From assembly GCF_032191835.1 (NCBI RefSeq), contig NC_083237.1, positions 24,986,001 to 25,050,000 on the forward strand: DNA of 64,000 nucleotides, in the 5' to 3' direction. Under the pieces are notes generated by a model, which searched no databases, was not told the origin of the DNA, and was given only the letters and a program-made list of their open reading frames with translations. This document shows, one piece after another, positions 11,201 through 22,864 of the stretch (positions within the stretch are counted from its first letter, which is position 1; each line of letters opens with the position of its first letter). The stretch is from Heteronotia binoei (Eukaryota). A program made the position numbers and the translations under genes.

Positions 11201-11603
11201 GGAGTCTCCCATCCAAAATCCTAACCAGGGCAGAACCTGCTTACCTTCCGAGATAAGCCTAGTATGGGCTATTCAGGTCAGTTCGAGTCACCAGCTGGAT
11301 TTTGCTGAGTCTGTTTAGTTTACTGTTGTAAACCACTGTGATTTTGGTAGGGTGAGCTAGAAAATTTAAAATAAGTACCTGCTCTAATTCCTTACAGTGC
11401 CGAGCAAGTGCCTGGCATTTACGTCGTGTCATTTCCTGCTGCCGCAACACTCCTTCCTCTTCCTCCTCCTCCTGCAGCCCTCCATCAGCAAATTCCACTT
11501 CTGTCTCTAGCTCACTCTCAAGAATATTACCACCAAAAAGAGGGGGAAGTGCCAGTTCTGAGCCAGGAGGCACTGAGAATTCTTCAAATCCTACACCCGC
11601 CAT
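8296..11603 (-). CDS. TFPT: TCF3 fusion partner (INO80 complex subunit F), 245 aa from the first visible ATG
   Basis: Minus-strand exons 11603-11379, 9959-9889, 9779-9710, 9272-9036, 8430-8296, all GT-AG, total 738 nt. Motifs [53 protein letters not shown] and IKTEEDF match TFPT. An acceptor at 11610-11608 implies an unlocated upstream exon. Confidence 0.95.
8636..8927 (-). mobile_element. tRNA-derived SINE, family A
   Basis: Near full-length reverse complement of the 6638 copy, with a (TTC)n-like tail. Confidence 0.85.
10120..10362 (-). mobile_element. tRNA-derived SINE, family A
   Basis: Same head and body as the 8636 copy, more diverged. Confidence 0.8.
11150..11283 (-). mobile_element. 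5S rRNA-derived SINE, degenerate
   Basis: The reverse complement resembles the 5S-like head at 28577 (GGTTAGGATTTTGGATGGGAGACT). Confidence 0.6.
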
Positions 11604-12097
11604 GCTCCTGAGCAGGGAAAGTAAAGGGAAAAGAAAGTGGCATATTGACTCGTGATGGTAACCTATCCATTATTCCACTGCTTCCCCCTCCAAAATGAAT
11701 GCCTAATGGCAAGAAACAGTTTATTCAAACACATTTCCCAGTCCCTCTCCATACCACACTGAACAGAGTAAACAAAAAGAAAGGACTGTAATACAGTAAT
11801 CAACAAACAGAGCAGCCAGTTTAGCATTTCACTACAAGGGATTTTTAAAAAAATTACCACTACTGAAATATATTTCTCCCAATATCCTTCCATACATGTA
11901 CATATGCTATACATTTGTAAAACTGTTGTCAAATACTCAGATTTTCAAATTTCTGTGCACAGTAGGAACATTTTTTTTAAATGAATCCACTAAATTTTTG
12001 AAATCTAGTTTCTAATAAAAGTGTGTAATCTCAGCCAAAGAGGTTCCATCTGTAGAAAAAGAAATTATGTAGTATCTCACTAATTTGAACCCAGAAT

Positions 12098-12459
12098 AAA
12101 GTTAGAGTCCAATGGCACCTTTAGGACCAACAAAGTTTTATTCAAGTTATGAGCTTTCACATGCCCACGCATTTCCTCAGATACACAGCAATGGAAGATA
12201 ACCATTCAAAGTTACAAACAAAGGCTGAACAACAAATTAACTTGTAACATGATGCAAATTAGCATGTAACGTGATGAAGATATTTTAAGATATGTGGAGG
12301 CAAAACAGGAACAAGCTAAGTTCATAGGGTCATGTATCTGAAGAGGTGTGTATGCACACAAAAGTTCATACCTTGAATAAAACTTTGTTGGTCCTAAAGG
12401 TACCACTAGACTCTAACTTGTTCTATTGCTTCAGACCAACACGGCTGCCCACCTGGATC
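12098..12459 (+). mobile_element. Penelope-like retroelement remnant with inverted termini and two hammerhead-like motifs
   Basis: Exact 12-bp TSD TGAACCCAGAAT (12086-12097, 12460-12471). Inverted arms of ~85 bp at 12100-12184 and 12334-12418. The terminus pattern CTGAAGA...AAAGCTCATAC...AATAAA...TTGGTC...AAGGTGC is typical of sauropsid Penelope ends. Confidence 0.75.
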
Positions 12460-12499
12460 TGAACCCAGAATGATGTACAAACTGTCGTAGCCTTGGTTT

Positions 12500-13820
12500 T
12501 AAACTTTTTTGCAATCCCGATAGATACAATATACAATTTCGGAATCAGAAAGAACTGAATTGAGTGTCTCGGTCCCAGTTAAAGACCCAACTGAAAATGG
12601 CTGTGAATACTCGGCTCTCGTTTTGGACAGTCTCCAAGAGAAGAGCTGGACAAGATCCAAGGGCGTCTCTGACTGCTCCCCACGCACCAAACCCACCTAA
12701 AGATCACCTTTGCCAACGTCCACGACTCTTCCAAAGGATGCAAGAAAGTAATTCGTCGCACGTTGATTACGTACCAAAATCCACAGCAACCGTGCTAAAT
12801 TCTTCAAACACAAGCTAATGAGGGGCGGGGCCACGAAAAGGAAAATGTCGCACTCCGATGGCGCCCAGCTTCCAGCGCGAAAATTCTCCCGAGCTCGCCA
12901 ATAACCTAAACACGGGGGCGGGGCCTATTCGGTCGCCTCACTGAAAGTGGCTAGAGCAGTTGTGAAAGGAAGCTGGTGCCCGCGCGACAGAGGAACGTCG
13001 CGTCATCTCGCGTTCGCCGAGTATGCAAAATATAGAATTTTGTACTGTTTGAAACTCCGATAAAAACTGAAATTCGATACAGGCCACGGCTTCGTATGGA
13101 CGACTAATGTGGCGCTCTAGGTCTTGGTTTTGTCTATGGTGAAATCTCTCTATACTTTCCATTGGAAAAAAGCCATTTCCGTTTTAGATCGGAAGTGCGG
13201 ATTAGGTTGGCTGTGGTAACTCGCCGGCGTTCAGGCCTGGATAGTTGTCAAAAGTTCGTCGTAGAATAAAACGGAAGTCGAGGCTTTCATGAGGCAGCGC
13301 TCGGGGCAGCTGTCTGGGCGGGGCGGGGCCTGTGTGTGCTGATGCATAATATCTAAATAATAATAAATTCTAAAAATCTCGGCGGGGCGGGGCCACTCGT
13401 CAGTTCTACAAATCTATCAGAACAGTTACTGCTTCTCACTGAACGTAGCTACATGCGGTCCCACATCCAGTGCAAAATATACCATTGAAATAAATAAGGG
13501 TAGAGCGGTCTATTTGTGACCTGACGTAAAAGTGGATACCGGAAGTGATTCTCCACAGTCTATTTTGTTACCGTTGCGGGACTACAGGCGCTTTCTGATG
13601 ACGGCGTAGAGTGACGGATTGCTGAGCGTATGGTGCACGTATTGTGGGACTGGAAGAGAGAAATTAGGTGTAGGAAAAGGAGAAGGCCAAAGGCTGTTGC
13701 CAGAGGTGCAGAAGAAGCAGGAATCTAAACTGGAAAGGAGGAGATTCTGACGCAAGTGAAGGCGGCGGCTCGTGTTTGGGTGTGTGCTTGCTCGGTGTGC
13801 GCTCAGAAGGAGGGATGTCG
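12500..13820. promoter_or_regulatory. CpG-rich bidirectional promoter between TFPT and PRPF31
   Basis: Head-to-head genes. GC boxes at ~12822, 12915, 13316 and 13381. ETS motif CCGGAAGTG at 13539-13547 and CRE half-site TGACGT at 13522-13527. CpG density is high. Confidence 0.75.
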
Positions 13821-14295
13821 TACTGGAAGAAATTTGTTTGGTCCCCAGAATGCTTTTTAAAGAAGGGTGGGAGAGAGATATGATGGGTTGGTAGATGCAC
13901 AGAGCTCTTGTTGTGGATGTAAAACAAGTAATACTCGATGCTGGTTGGCTGAGTGAGCTAGGTTGGAAAAATAATTGACATGGAGCTTGCTTACTGGATT
14001 TCAGCAGAAAGAGGTAGCACTGGTGGAAAAAGAGGTTCCTTTAGGGCTGAGTATTAAATGAGAAAAAGATAAGCTCTTTGGGAACTGTAGAGGAACTGGA
14101 TGGGATTTAGCAGTTGAGGAATCTGCTGCATCAGTGTGTAGTATTACTAGATGTGCTACTTTCTGGGGATTTCTTGGGCACTGCTGCTGTCTGCAGGAGT
14201 ACACAACAGTTGGAATTGCCGGATCAAACAAGGGCTGGATACACAAGGAAGTTTTCCCGTTCTATTGTTCATTCTCTTTTGCAGATTGATCCACC

Positions 14296-17200
14296 ATGTC
14301 TTTAGCAGATGAGCTTCTGGCTGACCTTGAAGAGGCAGCTGAGGAAGAGGAAGGAAGCTTTGCAGATGAGGAGGATGAGCCTGCCATTGAGGATGTCCAA
14401 GAGGAGATGCAAATGGATCTGGCAACTGATTCAGTCAAGAGTATTGCCAAGCTTTGGGACAGCAAGATGGTAAGAGAAAAAAGCCCGTTTTGGTGTAGCT
14501 CAGCATTGCCCAGCTTGATGTTTATGGTGGGGGAGATGGTTCTGTGCAGCTGAGTTGCTAAATGCGGCATGATGGTCTCCATCTATACCAAAGAACAATC
14601 CACAGTTTATTGCTGAGTATTGTATTGTTAAAAAGAATTTGAAAAATCCATGCGTCTAACTCAGTGTAACATCAAGGATTACAATATGACAAAAGCATTT
14701 CAGTCAAAGCTTACGTTATATGCCTTCAGAGCAAAAATTCAATGTACAGAAGTCCTACTTCTCAGTATGCAGAGGATAATGTGCAAATAGCTTCGCTAGC
14801 CTTTTTTTTGTGATAAATTATCTGACATTTATTTGTCTACAAAGTTCCCATTGTCTGTTCACCTAGTAAGTCCTGCACCTGATTCCAACCTGACCATTTT
14901 CCATCAAAATTAAATAAAGCAGTTATTTCATGAACAAACATCAGCCTCTCATGTGCCATTATCAAACCAGGACCAAAATAAGGAGTATAGTCTTTCCCTT
15001 CAGTTCCCTAGGCTGGGTCAGCATCTCATAACATACATTTAAATGACTGGGTGGGACAGTGAGAGTAAAACAAGGAAAAGGGGAAAAAAGGGTTGCTCAG
15101 CAAGAAAGACGATAAAGAGGGTGATCTAAAATAAGGAACGGTTTTGAGGTTTGTTTTAGTCAATTATCTCTGTCTTAGAGGTTAAAATACATAGAAGAAC
15201 TTGATTGGGGGTTAACTTAGCAGCTGGTCTCAAAGTATGATTAACAGCTTTTGGCATGTCCTCTTTGCAGTTTGCTGAAATCATGGTAAAGATTGAGGAA
15301 TACATCAGCAAACAGCCCAAAGCATCAGAAGGTAATGAAACACCCCTGGTTCATCTTATTTTTTAAAGAGAACTGCGTGCAGCCCCTCCCCCCATTTCTT
15401 CAGTGTGGTGGCATCTGCTGCGGCTCTCCTTCACTCTGCAATATAAAGTACACACACTTAGCTTTAAATACCCCATATGGTTGCTTATTTTGTTGTTTTT
15501 TCTCCTTCCTAGTTCTAGGCCCAGTTGAGGCTGCTCCTGAATATAGAGTCATTGTGGATGCCAACAATCTTACAGTGGAGATTGAGAATGAGTTGAGTGA
15601 GTGCAGGGTCTTATTGCCTGCTTTTGTGGGGGGAGGGGGAAGAACAGTAGAGTATGTTGAGTATTATACCTGCTGTTGTTCAGTGATATATGGCTAGCAG
15701 ATTGAGAGAGAGACTGGGTACAGTAGCAAGGGAGTGCAGTTGAGTAAGTAGAAGAGTTTAAGATGGGGAAGGGTTCATTTTTATTTATACTTCTGTTTTG
15801 TTTCTCCATTTTATCTTTACAACAATGATCCTGTGAGGAAGGGTAGGCTGAGAGAGACAAAGGGGTGGGCTACTGAGATCACACAGTGAGTTTCAAAGAC
15901 AGAATAAGGAGTAAAACCTCATTGTCCCAGATATCCTACTCTGATCTTCTAACCACTACACCATTCTGGCTCTCTCTATGTGAGCCTAGTGCCTCAGATC
16001 AGTTTTGATGGAAGCTTTTGCTTTGCCAGGAAATCTTGTCTATGCTGGCCAATTTGTGAAGGGGTTTATTTCCTAACAGGATGCATGGGCTGGTATTTTC
16101 CTAGTGACTTGCTTTTGTTCTCTGGAATGTAAATATATCCTTGGTTGCTTTCTGTTTTGATGGGTCTCTTTTTGCCATTTCTCTCCAGACATTATTCACA
16201 AATTTATCCGGGATAAATACTCTAAGCGATTCCCAGAACTGGAATCCCTTGTTCCTAATGCTTTGGATTATATCCGAACTGTCAAGGTATTGGCTGTTTT
16301 GAAATATATGAAGTCTATCTAGGCTGTCTTGAAGAAGCTGGGGCTTCATGTGGGTAAATCATGTGCCCCACTTCTGGGTCATGCCTCCTTCCTTCTTTAC
16401 AAAAGCTTAATCCAAAATTTCAAACCAGAATTCTTCAGGGGGAGGTCCAAGAGTTAAGTTTTGGTTGTAGTACATTTGCAGTATTTCCTAACCTAATATG
16501 TTCAGAGATCTTCAGTTTTAAGAAGTCCCTTTATTTATTCTTAAGATGTCTGTTGCTTGCAGGAACTGGGCAACAGCTTGGATAAATGCAAGAACAATGA
16601 AAACCTTCAACAGATCCTCACCAATGCTACCATTATGGTGGTTAGTGTCACAGCATCCACTACCCAAGGGTAAGAGGGGAATCTGAAGAACCCAAGCAAG
16701 CATTTGGGAGGTGAATGTGATGTGGCCTAAACTGATATGAAACAGAATAAGTGGAGAATAACAGAATTGTAAAGTAGGAGGAGTTTAGTGTCTGGGACAG
16801 GAGTGTTAACTTGAGTCCCTGCTGAGCTGTGAAAGCTCAAATGGTGGCTTTTTTCAAAAGTGTTCTGTGCATAGTTGATTTGTATACTTTTTTAGTCCAT
16901 GCAAGAAAGGGAAAAGGAGACTAAAAATGTAAGATTGGTCTTTCATAGTATATTTTGGGGGCAAATAGTAATGTGAGCTACACTGTACCTGGAAATCTAT
17001 GAATATTGCTGCTACCCCACCATGGATACAGAGGTATGCTTTCTTTCAAAAAGGAAGACTTGCAAGCCTTCAGAAGTATTTCAAGTACAGACATTTCATT
17101 CTCCAAGCCCCTTCCTGATACCTCTCCAGGTTGGGTTCCCCTATCCCTTTGTTCATTCTCTCATTTTGTAACGCATTTACCAAATAATGAAGAAATTGCT

Positions 17201-20200
17201 CCCAGTAATAGTTGTTGCTAATAATTGTGACTTTTGGAGTTAGATGTATATTCTTGTCCAAATGCACACAAATTTTGGGAGGAGGCATAACACAGGTAGA
17301 AGGTGAGATGGTTAACTGAGAGGAAAGCACAGCAGATATAACACACTGCAGACTTACACTTTGTAGAATTTAACAGGCAAAAATCACTGTGTGCTTCAAG
17401 GGTATAGAACAAATTGGTTGGATGCTAATTGAAGGGGTATTAGGTTGCAGTCTGATTAGAAGTGAAGTGTGTGTGTACTGGGCTGAGGCCATCTTTTGCT
17501 GCTCTTCTAGAGGCTTCCAGTGTGAATGTTCTGAACTCATGAGAAGCAGCTGCCAGGGTCTGTAATGGTAGCCTAGAGTACTTCTTTTTTGGGGGGGGGG
17601 GTGTTCTTAAAAGTTGATAAGGAGACTGAAAAAATCACAATGTCAATTCTAGTTAGAGCTTTTTTTAAAAAAACTTGCTGTCTCCTACAGGGAGCTGAAG
17701 CACAATGGCCGAATAGCTGGCCTTGAACATTGCCTTTCTCTCCCCACAGGCAACAGTTAACAGAAGAAGAACTGGAGCGCATTGAGGAGGCCTGTGACAT
17801 GGCCCTGGAGCTGAATCAGTCCAAGCATCGCATCTATGAGTATGTGGAATCCCGCATGTCCTTCATTGCGCCCAACCTGTCCATCATTGTGGGGGCCTCC
17901 ACTGCTGCAAAAATTATGGGTGAGACTCCAGAAGAGTTGGCTTTCATTAGATATGTGTGAATTTAGCATGTGTTGGGGACGGAATGGAGCTAATCCCTTG
18001 TGTGAAACCTTAGGTGCTTTCCCACATGCTGACTAATGTGCTTTCACTTCATTTTCAGTGCAGTTTAGTGATGGTTCACAAGTGGGTTTTTCTGTTTCAC
18101 ACAGTCAGATCTAGTTGCAAAGCGGTTTCTTGTGTTTCCCTTGTTCAGGAGAAATGAAGTGTGAAGTTCTCCAAGGGGGATGTGAAACAGTTCTTCAAAA
18201 AGTTTTTTCCCACCCCAGAATGTGGGAGGGTCTTTTCTTCACAATGAACCTGGCCATTAGCTTAGGTTAAGGTCCTCTTTTGGGTGCTCAAGATTATTCA
18301 TTAGGGCAGGGGTCCCCAGCCTTTTCAAGGCTGCAGGAACATTTGAAATTTAGAGGGGGAGTAGTATGTGCCACCCCAAATTGCTGCTACAGGAGGTGCA
18401 GCAGAATGGAACAATCCCTCCTTATGCCTCCTGGGATGATGGAAATCTGAATGGGAAATGGAACTATATGTGGAATAAGGAAACCCCAGGCACTTAACAG
18501 TTCTCCTGATTAAAAACCATTTGAATAAGGGGAGCCAGTAATATGCCTTACCTTAAAATGGTCCCACCTACTTCATAAAAAGCTTGGGAGATGCCTTGAT
18601 GCTCGTGGGCACCAAATTGGAAAACCCTGGTTTAGAAGAAGGCATTTGCAATAGAATTTTGTCTCTGTTGGAGGGAAATGCCAGGAGTGGCTGATCTAAA
18701 AACTGAAACCAACTTGGCCTCTTTGTCTTGGCTTGCTCATCCTCTATTTTCTTTGCTTACCAAGGTATCGCTGGTGGCCTGACAAACCTCTCCAAGATGC
18801 CCGCCTGTAACATCATGCTTCTGGGAGCCCAAAGGAAGACCCTCTCTGGATTTTCCAGCACTTCTGTCCTCCCTCATACTGGCTACATCTACCATAGTGA
18901 CATTGTACAGTCGTTGCCTCCAGTATGTGCTGTCTCATAGCCCCCACACCCTGCCCAGTTGGTTTGTTAGCATGTGACCTTCTTCACAGAAATTAACAAG
19001 GCAGCCTTTGGTTTAATTCTCCCATTGCAGGATTTGCGGAGGAAGGCTGCTCGCTTGGTGGCTGCAAAATGCACACTGGCGGCACGTGTGGACAGCTTTC
19101 ACGAAAGCCCAGAGGGGAAGGTAAGGACTATTGCATGCAGAAGGCAGAGGGCAGCTGGGAAATTGAAAAATGTACAGGTATAATTGAGGTACAATTGTGT
19201 CTCACAATAAGAATGTTAGAAGAATACTGGGAGCCGAAATTCACTCATTCTTTTAGAACAAAGGGGCTAGGATGGAATTGTCAGATCCAGGACCATGGGG
19301 AGAAGAGGATTTGTGGTGAGGGTCTCAGGCAGGGGTGGAGAGTGAGTTGTTAAAGCTGGGTAGGGCCAAGGAGCTGCAGTTCCTGACCCCTTCAGGGGTG
19401 GAAGACTGTGGGATGGGATGGGCAGAGGTGAGGTTCATTCCTGTAATCCAAACAACTCCTCTTCCCCCCCCCCCCAATTTCCATTACAATGCAGGTTGGT
19501 TATGACCTCAAGGAGGAGATTGAAAGAAAATTTGACAAGTGGCAGGAACCCCCTCCTGTTAAACAAGTGAAACCACTTCCTGCACCTTTGGATGGACAAA
19601 GGAAGAAGCGTGGAGGCCGAAGGTATGAGTGGAACAGGAAATAGCTTGAAGGGAAGAGCTGACAGATTTGGGACAGTTAAGGAAATGAAGCAGGATGGAA
19701 TGTTGGGCATAAGTGTGAGGAAGGGAGATGTACATTTTTATTTGGCTTTCATAAAGTCTAGCATTTGTCACATTGGCTTTTATCTGTTCCTGGATGCTTG
19801 CCATTCATCTTGCTGATCTTGAACATTAGGTTTTCTTAGATCTCAAATAATTACAGACATTTAGTTATTACACTGAATACAATTCAGGCATCAAAATCTG
19901 AAGCCTTATTTCTCTCTTCACTGAATACAAGGGTCCCTAAGGGCCAATGTGGTGCCATACTAAAATCCAGGAGACCCAGGTTCAAACTCCCACTCTACCT
20001 TGGGCTAGTCACAAACACTCGGCCTAACCTACCTCACAAGGTTGTTGTGAGGATAAATGGAAAAGAGGTAAGGTCCCTGTTGAGAGAAAAGATGGGATGT
20101 AAATGGCGGGATGCAGATGAAGTAACAAAGTTGTGGGATCAAGCTAGTGGAAGACTCAGCTGTCTTCCACTAGCCTCACCTTGTGCTCCTTCGAAAGGCT

Positions 20201-22864
20201 TCCTGGCAGACAGACATAACCAGTTGTTGGCATAACAGAAAAAAACAACTCCAAAGGAATTTCAAAATGGGACATGCAAAACTTAGCTAAGAAAAGTGGG
20301 GCAAGGTATTTCCCTACCTGACTCCATTTTTAATTTCTTTCTCATTCACTGCTAGGTTACCTTGTTAACTTCCAGGTTTTTCTTTTGGGTTCATAAAATG
20401 CCTGCTTTATACTTTCAGGTATCGTAAGATGAAAGAGCGTCTGGGCTTGACAGAAATACGTAAGCAGGCAAACCGGATGAGCTTTGGAGAAGTAAGACAT
20501 ATCTTATGTCTTGTCTTCATGTGAAACTTCTTGGCTAGTTTTGTGGAATGGATGGTAGCTTAATCTTTGGCAAAATGAGGAGGAGGAAGCAGTTTCATTT
20601 GTGCCCAGGACAGATGATGTTTCACAGTCATGTTATGTAAGGAATGCTCTTCTGCCTTAGAAGATGAATGTGCTTTTGCTGTGTGCAGGTCCATTGTGCC
20701 TAAGTGATGGTTACATATTTGTACAATTGATGCACATAACTGTAAACAAGTAGGCTTCCCACTTTTTCTTCACAGAAGCATGTCGGGGAAAATACATAAA
20801 GAGTGTTTAGAGGATTAATTTTATTTATTAACAATTTTAAGAGTTGGTGTTTCCTGCAGTTCTGAGGTGCTTAACTATAACCAAACCAAGTGCAAGAGGG
20901 CCCCCTTCTGCCTTATGATTTTGTCTGCAGTCCTTTCATTCTTGTCAGATTGCATACCTAGTGATGGAATGTCTTCTAGAAAAAAAGCAGAATCCACAAG
21001 GAAATCCAAAGAAGTCTGTCCCTATTTGAGTTCTAATACATTTGGTATCAAGCTATACTGGTCCTCAAAGCACTTACAGTCTTTCACAATATATGTGTGG
21101 AGGGATATCTCCAGGAGAGGAGAAAAAACATTGGTTTGCTTTGTTCACCCACCCCCTTTTCTCTGGCTGGTCTTTCATTACATGTATTTTTAAGACTAAC
21201 CTCTTGTCATCTTGGCTTTCTACCTTGTTTTTAAAAATGCCATGTATACCCAACTCCTTCCTCACCTTCTCTTTCCCTCCCTTTACCAGATTGAAGAAGA
21301 TGCTTACCAGGAAGACCTTGGGTTTAGCCTGGGCCACCTGGGCAAATCAGGCAGTGGCCGTGTCCGACAGACACAAGTCAATGAAGCTACAAAGGCGCGG
21401 ATCTCAAAGACTTTGCAGGTTAGGAAGCAGGGATTGGATGAAGGAATTTCAGGCACTGCCAGTCCTATCTTGGTGATATTCTCTGTAGTTGTGTGGGTAT
21501 TGTTGATACTTGAGATAGCATTACTCTTGCGCACACAGGACCACATCAACTTCTATACTAACTGCAGTGTTGAGTAAGGTCCCATCTTACCTGTGGCACA
21601 ATTATGTGGCATTTCTCTGTCCTGTTTTTGCTTTGTACTCCTCAAGGTCTCTCAGTGCAAGATACTCCACATGAGGCTGACCTTGAAGACTGTTCAGATG
21701 CTTCAGTTTGACATGATTGGGCATCTTTTTTTTGGCAACATTCACTGCTTAGTTTGATAGTGGGTGTGCAGAGTTGAATGCAACTAGATTGTTTGTGCAG
21801 AGCCTGAGAAGTGTTCCTTTTAATGTTAAAACAAAGCTTGTCTGTGACTTAAGACTGAATATACTGGAGTGATGAGGAATCTGTGGAGAGATGCAACAAA
21901 CACCTCTTGAGCTATTTGAACAGCTTGTTCACCCCAGAATTGGCTACCTTCTCAGCTTTAGCTTCACTCTTCACTGCACCCTTGCAAAAGCCCCTGACAT
22001 CTTCCTTTTTTGCATTTGTCTTCCTACCCAGCGTACACTCCAAAAGCAGAGTATGGTGTATGGAGGGAAGTCGACCATCCGGGACCGCTCCTCGGGTACT
22101 GCCTCCAGTGTGGCCTTCACTCCACTGCAGGTAAACCCTGTGATTGGGCTCATGTGTGTTGCCTTTTAAGCACTGGTAACAGAGGCTATGCTCCTTCAGG
22201 GGATGAGGAGATAGGAAGATCTAGGCTGTTGGCTGTTGATTGTGGGTGGCAGCATGTGCAGCACTCATGGGCACAGGAGAAGAAAAAAATCACCTTACAG
22301 AAGGCATGGACAGTGGAACTCACTGTCTTACAATTATGAATTATCATGATCTGCTTTGTGGCTTTTGGTGTTGGTTGAGGGAGAGGGGCTGTGGCTCAGT
22401 GGTAGAGCATCTCCTTGGCATGCAGAAGGTCCTGGGTTCAGTACCCTGGATTTCCAGTTAAAATGATCTGGCAGTAAGTGCTATGAAAACTGCTACATGA
22501 GACCCTAGACTATCAATCTGAGTAGACAGTATTGACTTTTAACGGGCCAAGGGTCTGATTCAGTGTAAGGCAGCTTTATGTGTGTGATGCTGAAGAGATG
22601 ACAGCCTCAGGCTCTCTTGCTTTGCTGAGATATATCGTGCAAGCATTTGATGCCTGTCCAGGAATGTGCAAGTTATGGGCTGCATGAACTTCCCCTTGGA
22701 CTCTGATTTTTCTCTCTCTGTCTGCCCTCCTCCAGGGTTTGGAGATCGTGAACCCACAAGCAGCTGAAAAGAAAGTCGCTGAAGCCAACCAAAAGTATTT
22801 CTCCAGCATGGCTGAGTTCTTAAAGGTGAAGAGTGAGAAGAGTGGAATCATGTCGACCTCCTAA
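14296..22864 (+). CDS. PRPF31: Pre-mRNA processing factor 31 (U4/U6 snRNP protein), 499 aa, 13 coding exons
   Basis: Exons 14296-14469, 15271-15331, 15513-15596, 16189-16286, 16563-16669, 17750-17919, 18765-18922, 19031-19120, 19495-19622, 20419-20491, 21290-21418, 22032-22130, 22736-22864, total 1500 nt, open. It starts MSLADELLADLEE in Kozak CCACCATG. It contains the NOSIC and Nop domains and the NLS-like RKKRGGRR, and ends ...KSEKSGIMSTS. Confidence 0.99.
22381..22590 (+). mobile_element. SINE with a tRNA-Ala-like head, family B
   Basis: GGGGCTGTGGCTCAGTGGTAGAGCATCT...GGTTCA...TCCA followed by a shared non-tRNA body. Relatives lie at 39570 and 41081. Confidence 0.75.

Noticed and set aside
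14262-14582. Antisense ORFs over exons (also 38621-39040, 40627-40932, 43942-44295)
   Set aside because: These are shadow ORFs opposite real PRPF31/CNOT3 exons, with no independent support.
16135-16142. ATATCCTT, resembling a U12 donor
   Set aside because: It lies inside an intron with normal GT-AG ends, and there is no matching U12 branch site or AC acceptor.
22383-22456. tRNA-Ala-like sequence (also 39570, 41081 and the family A heads)
   Set aside because: The stems are mismatched, there is no Pol III T-run after the acceptor stem, and each continues into a shared SINE body.
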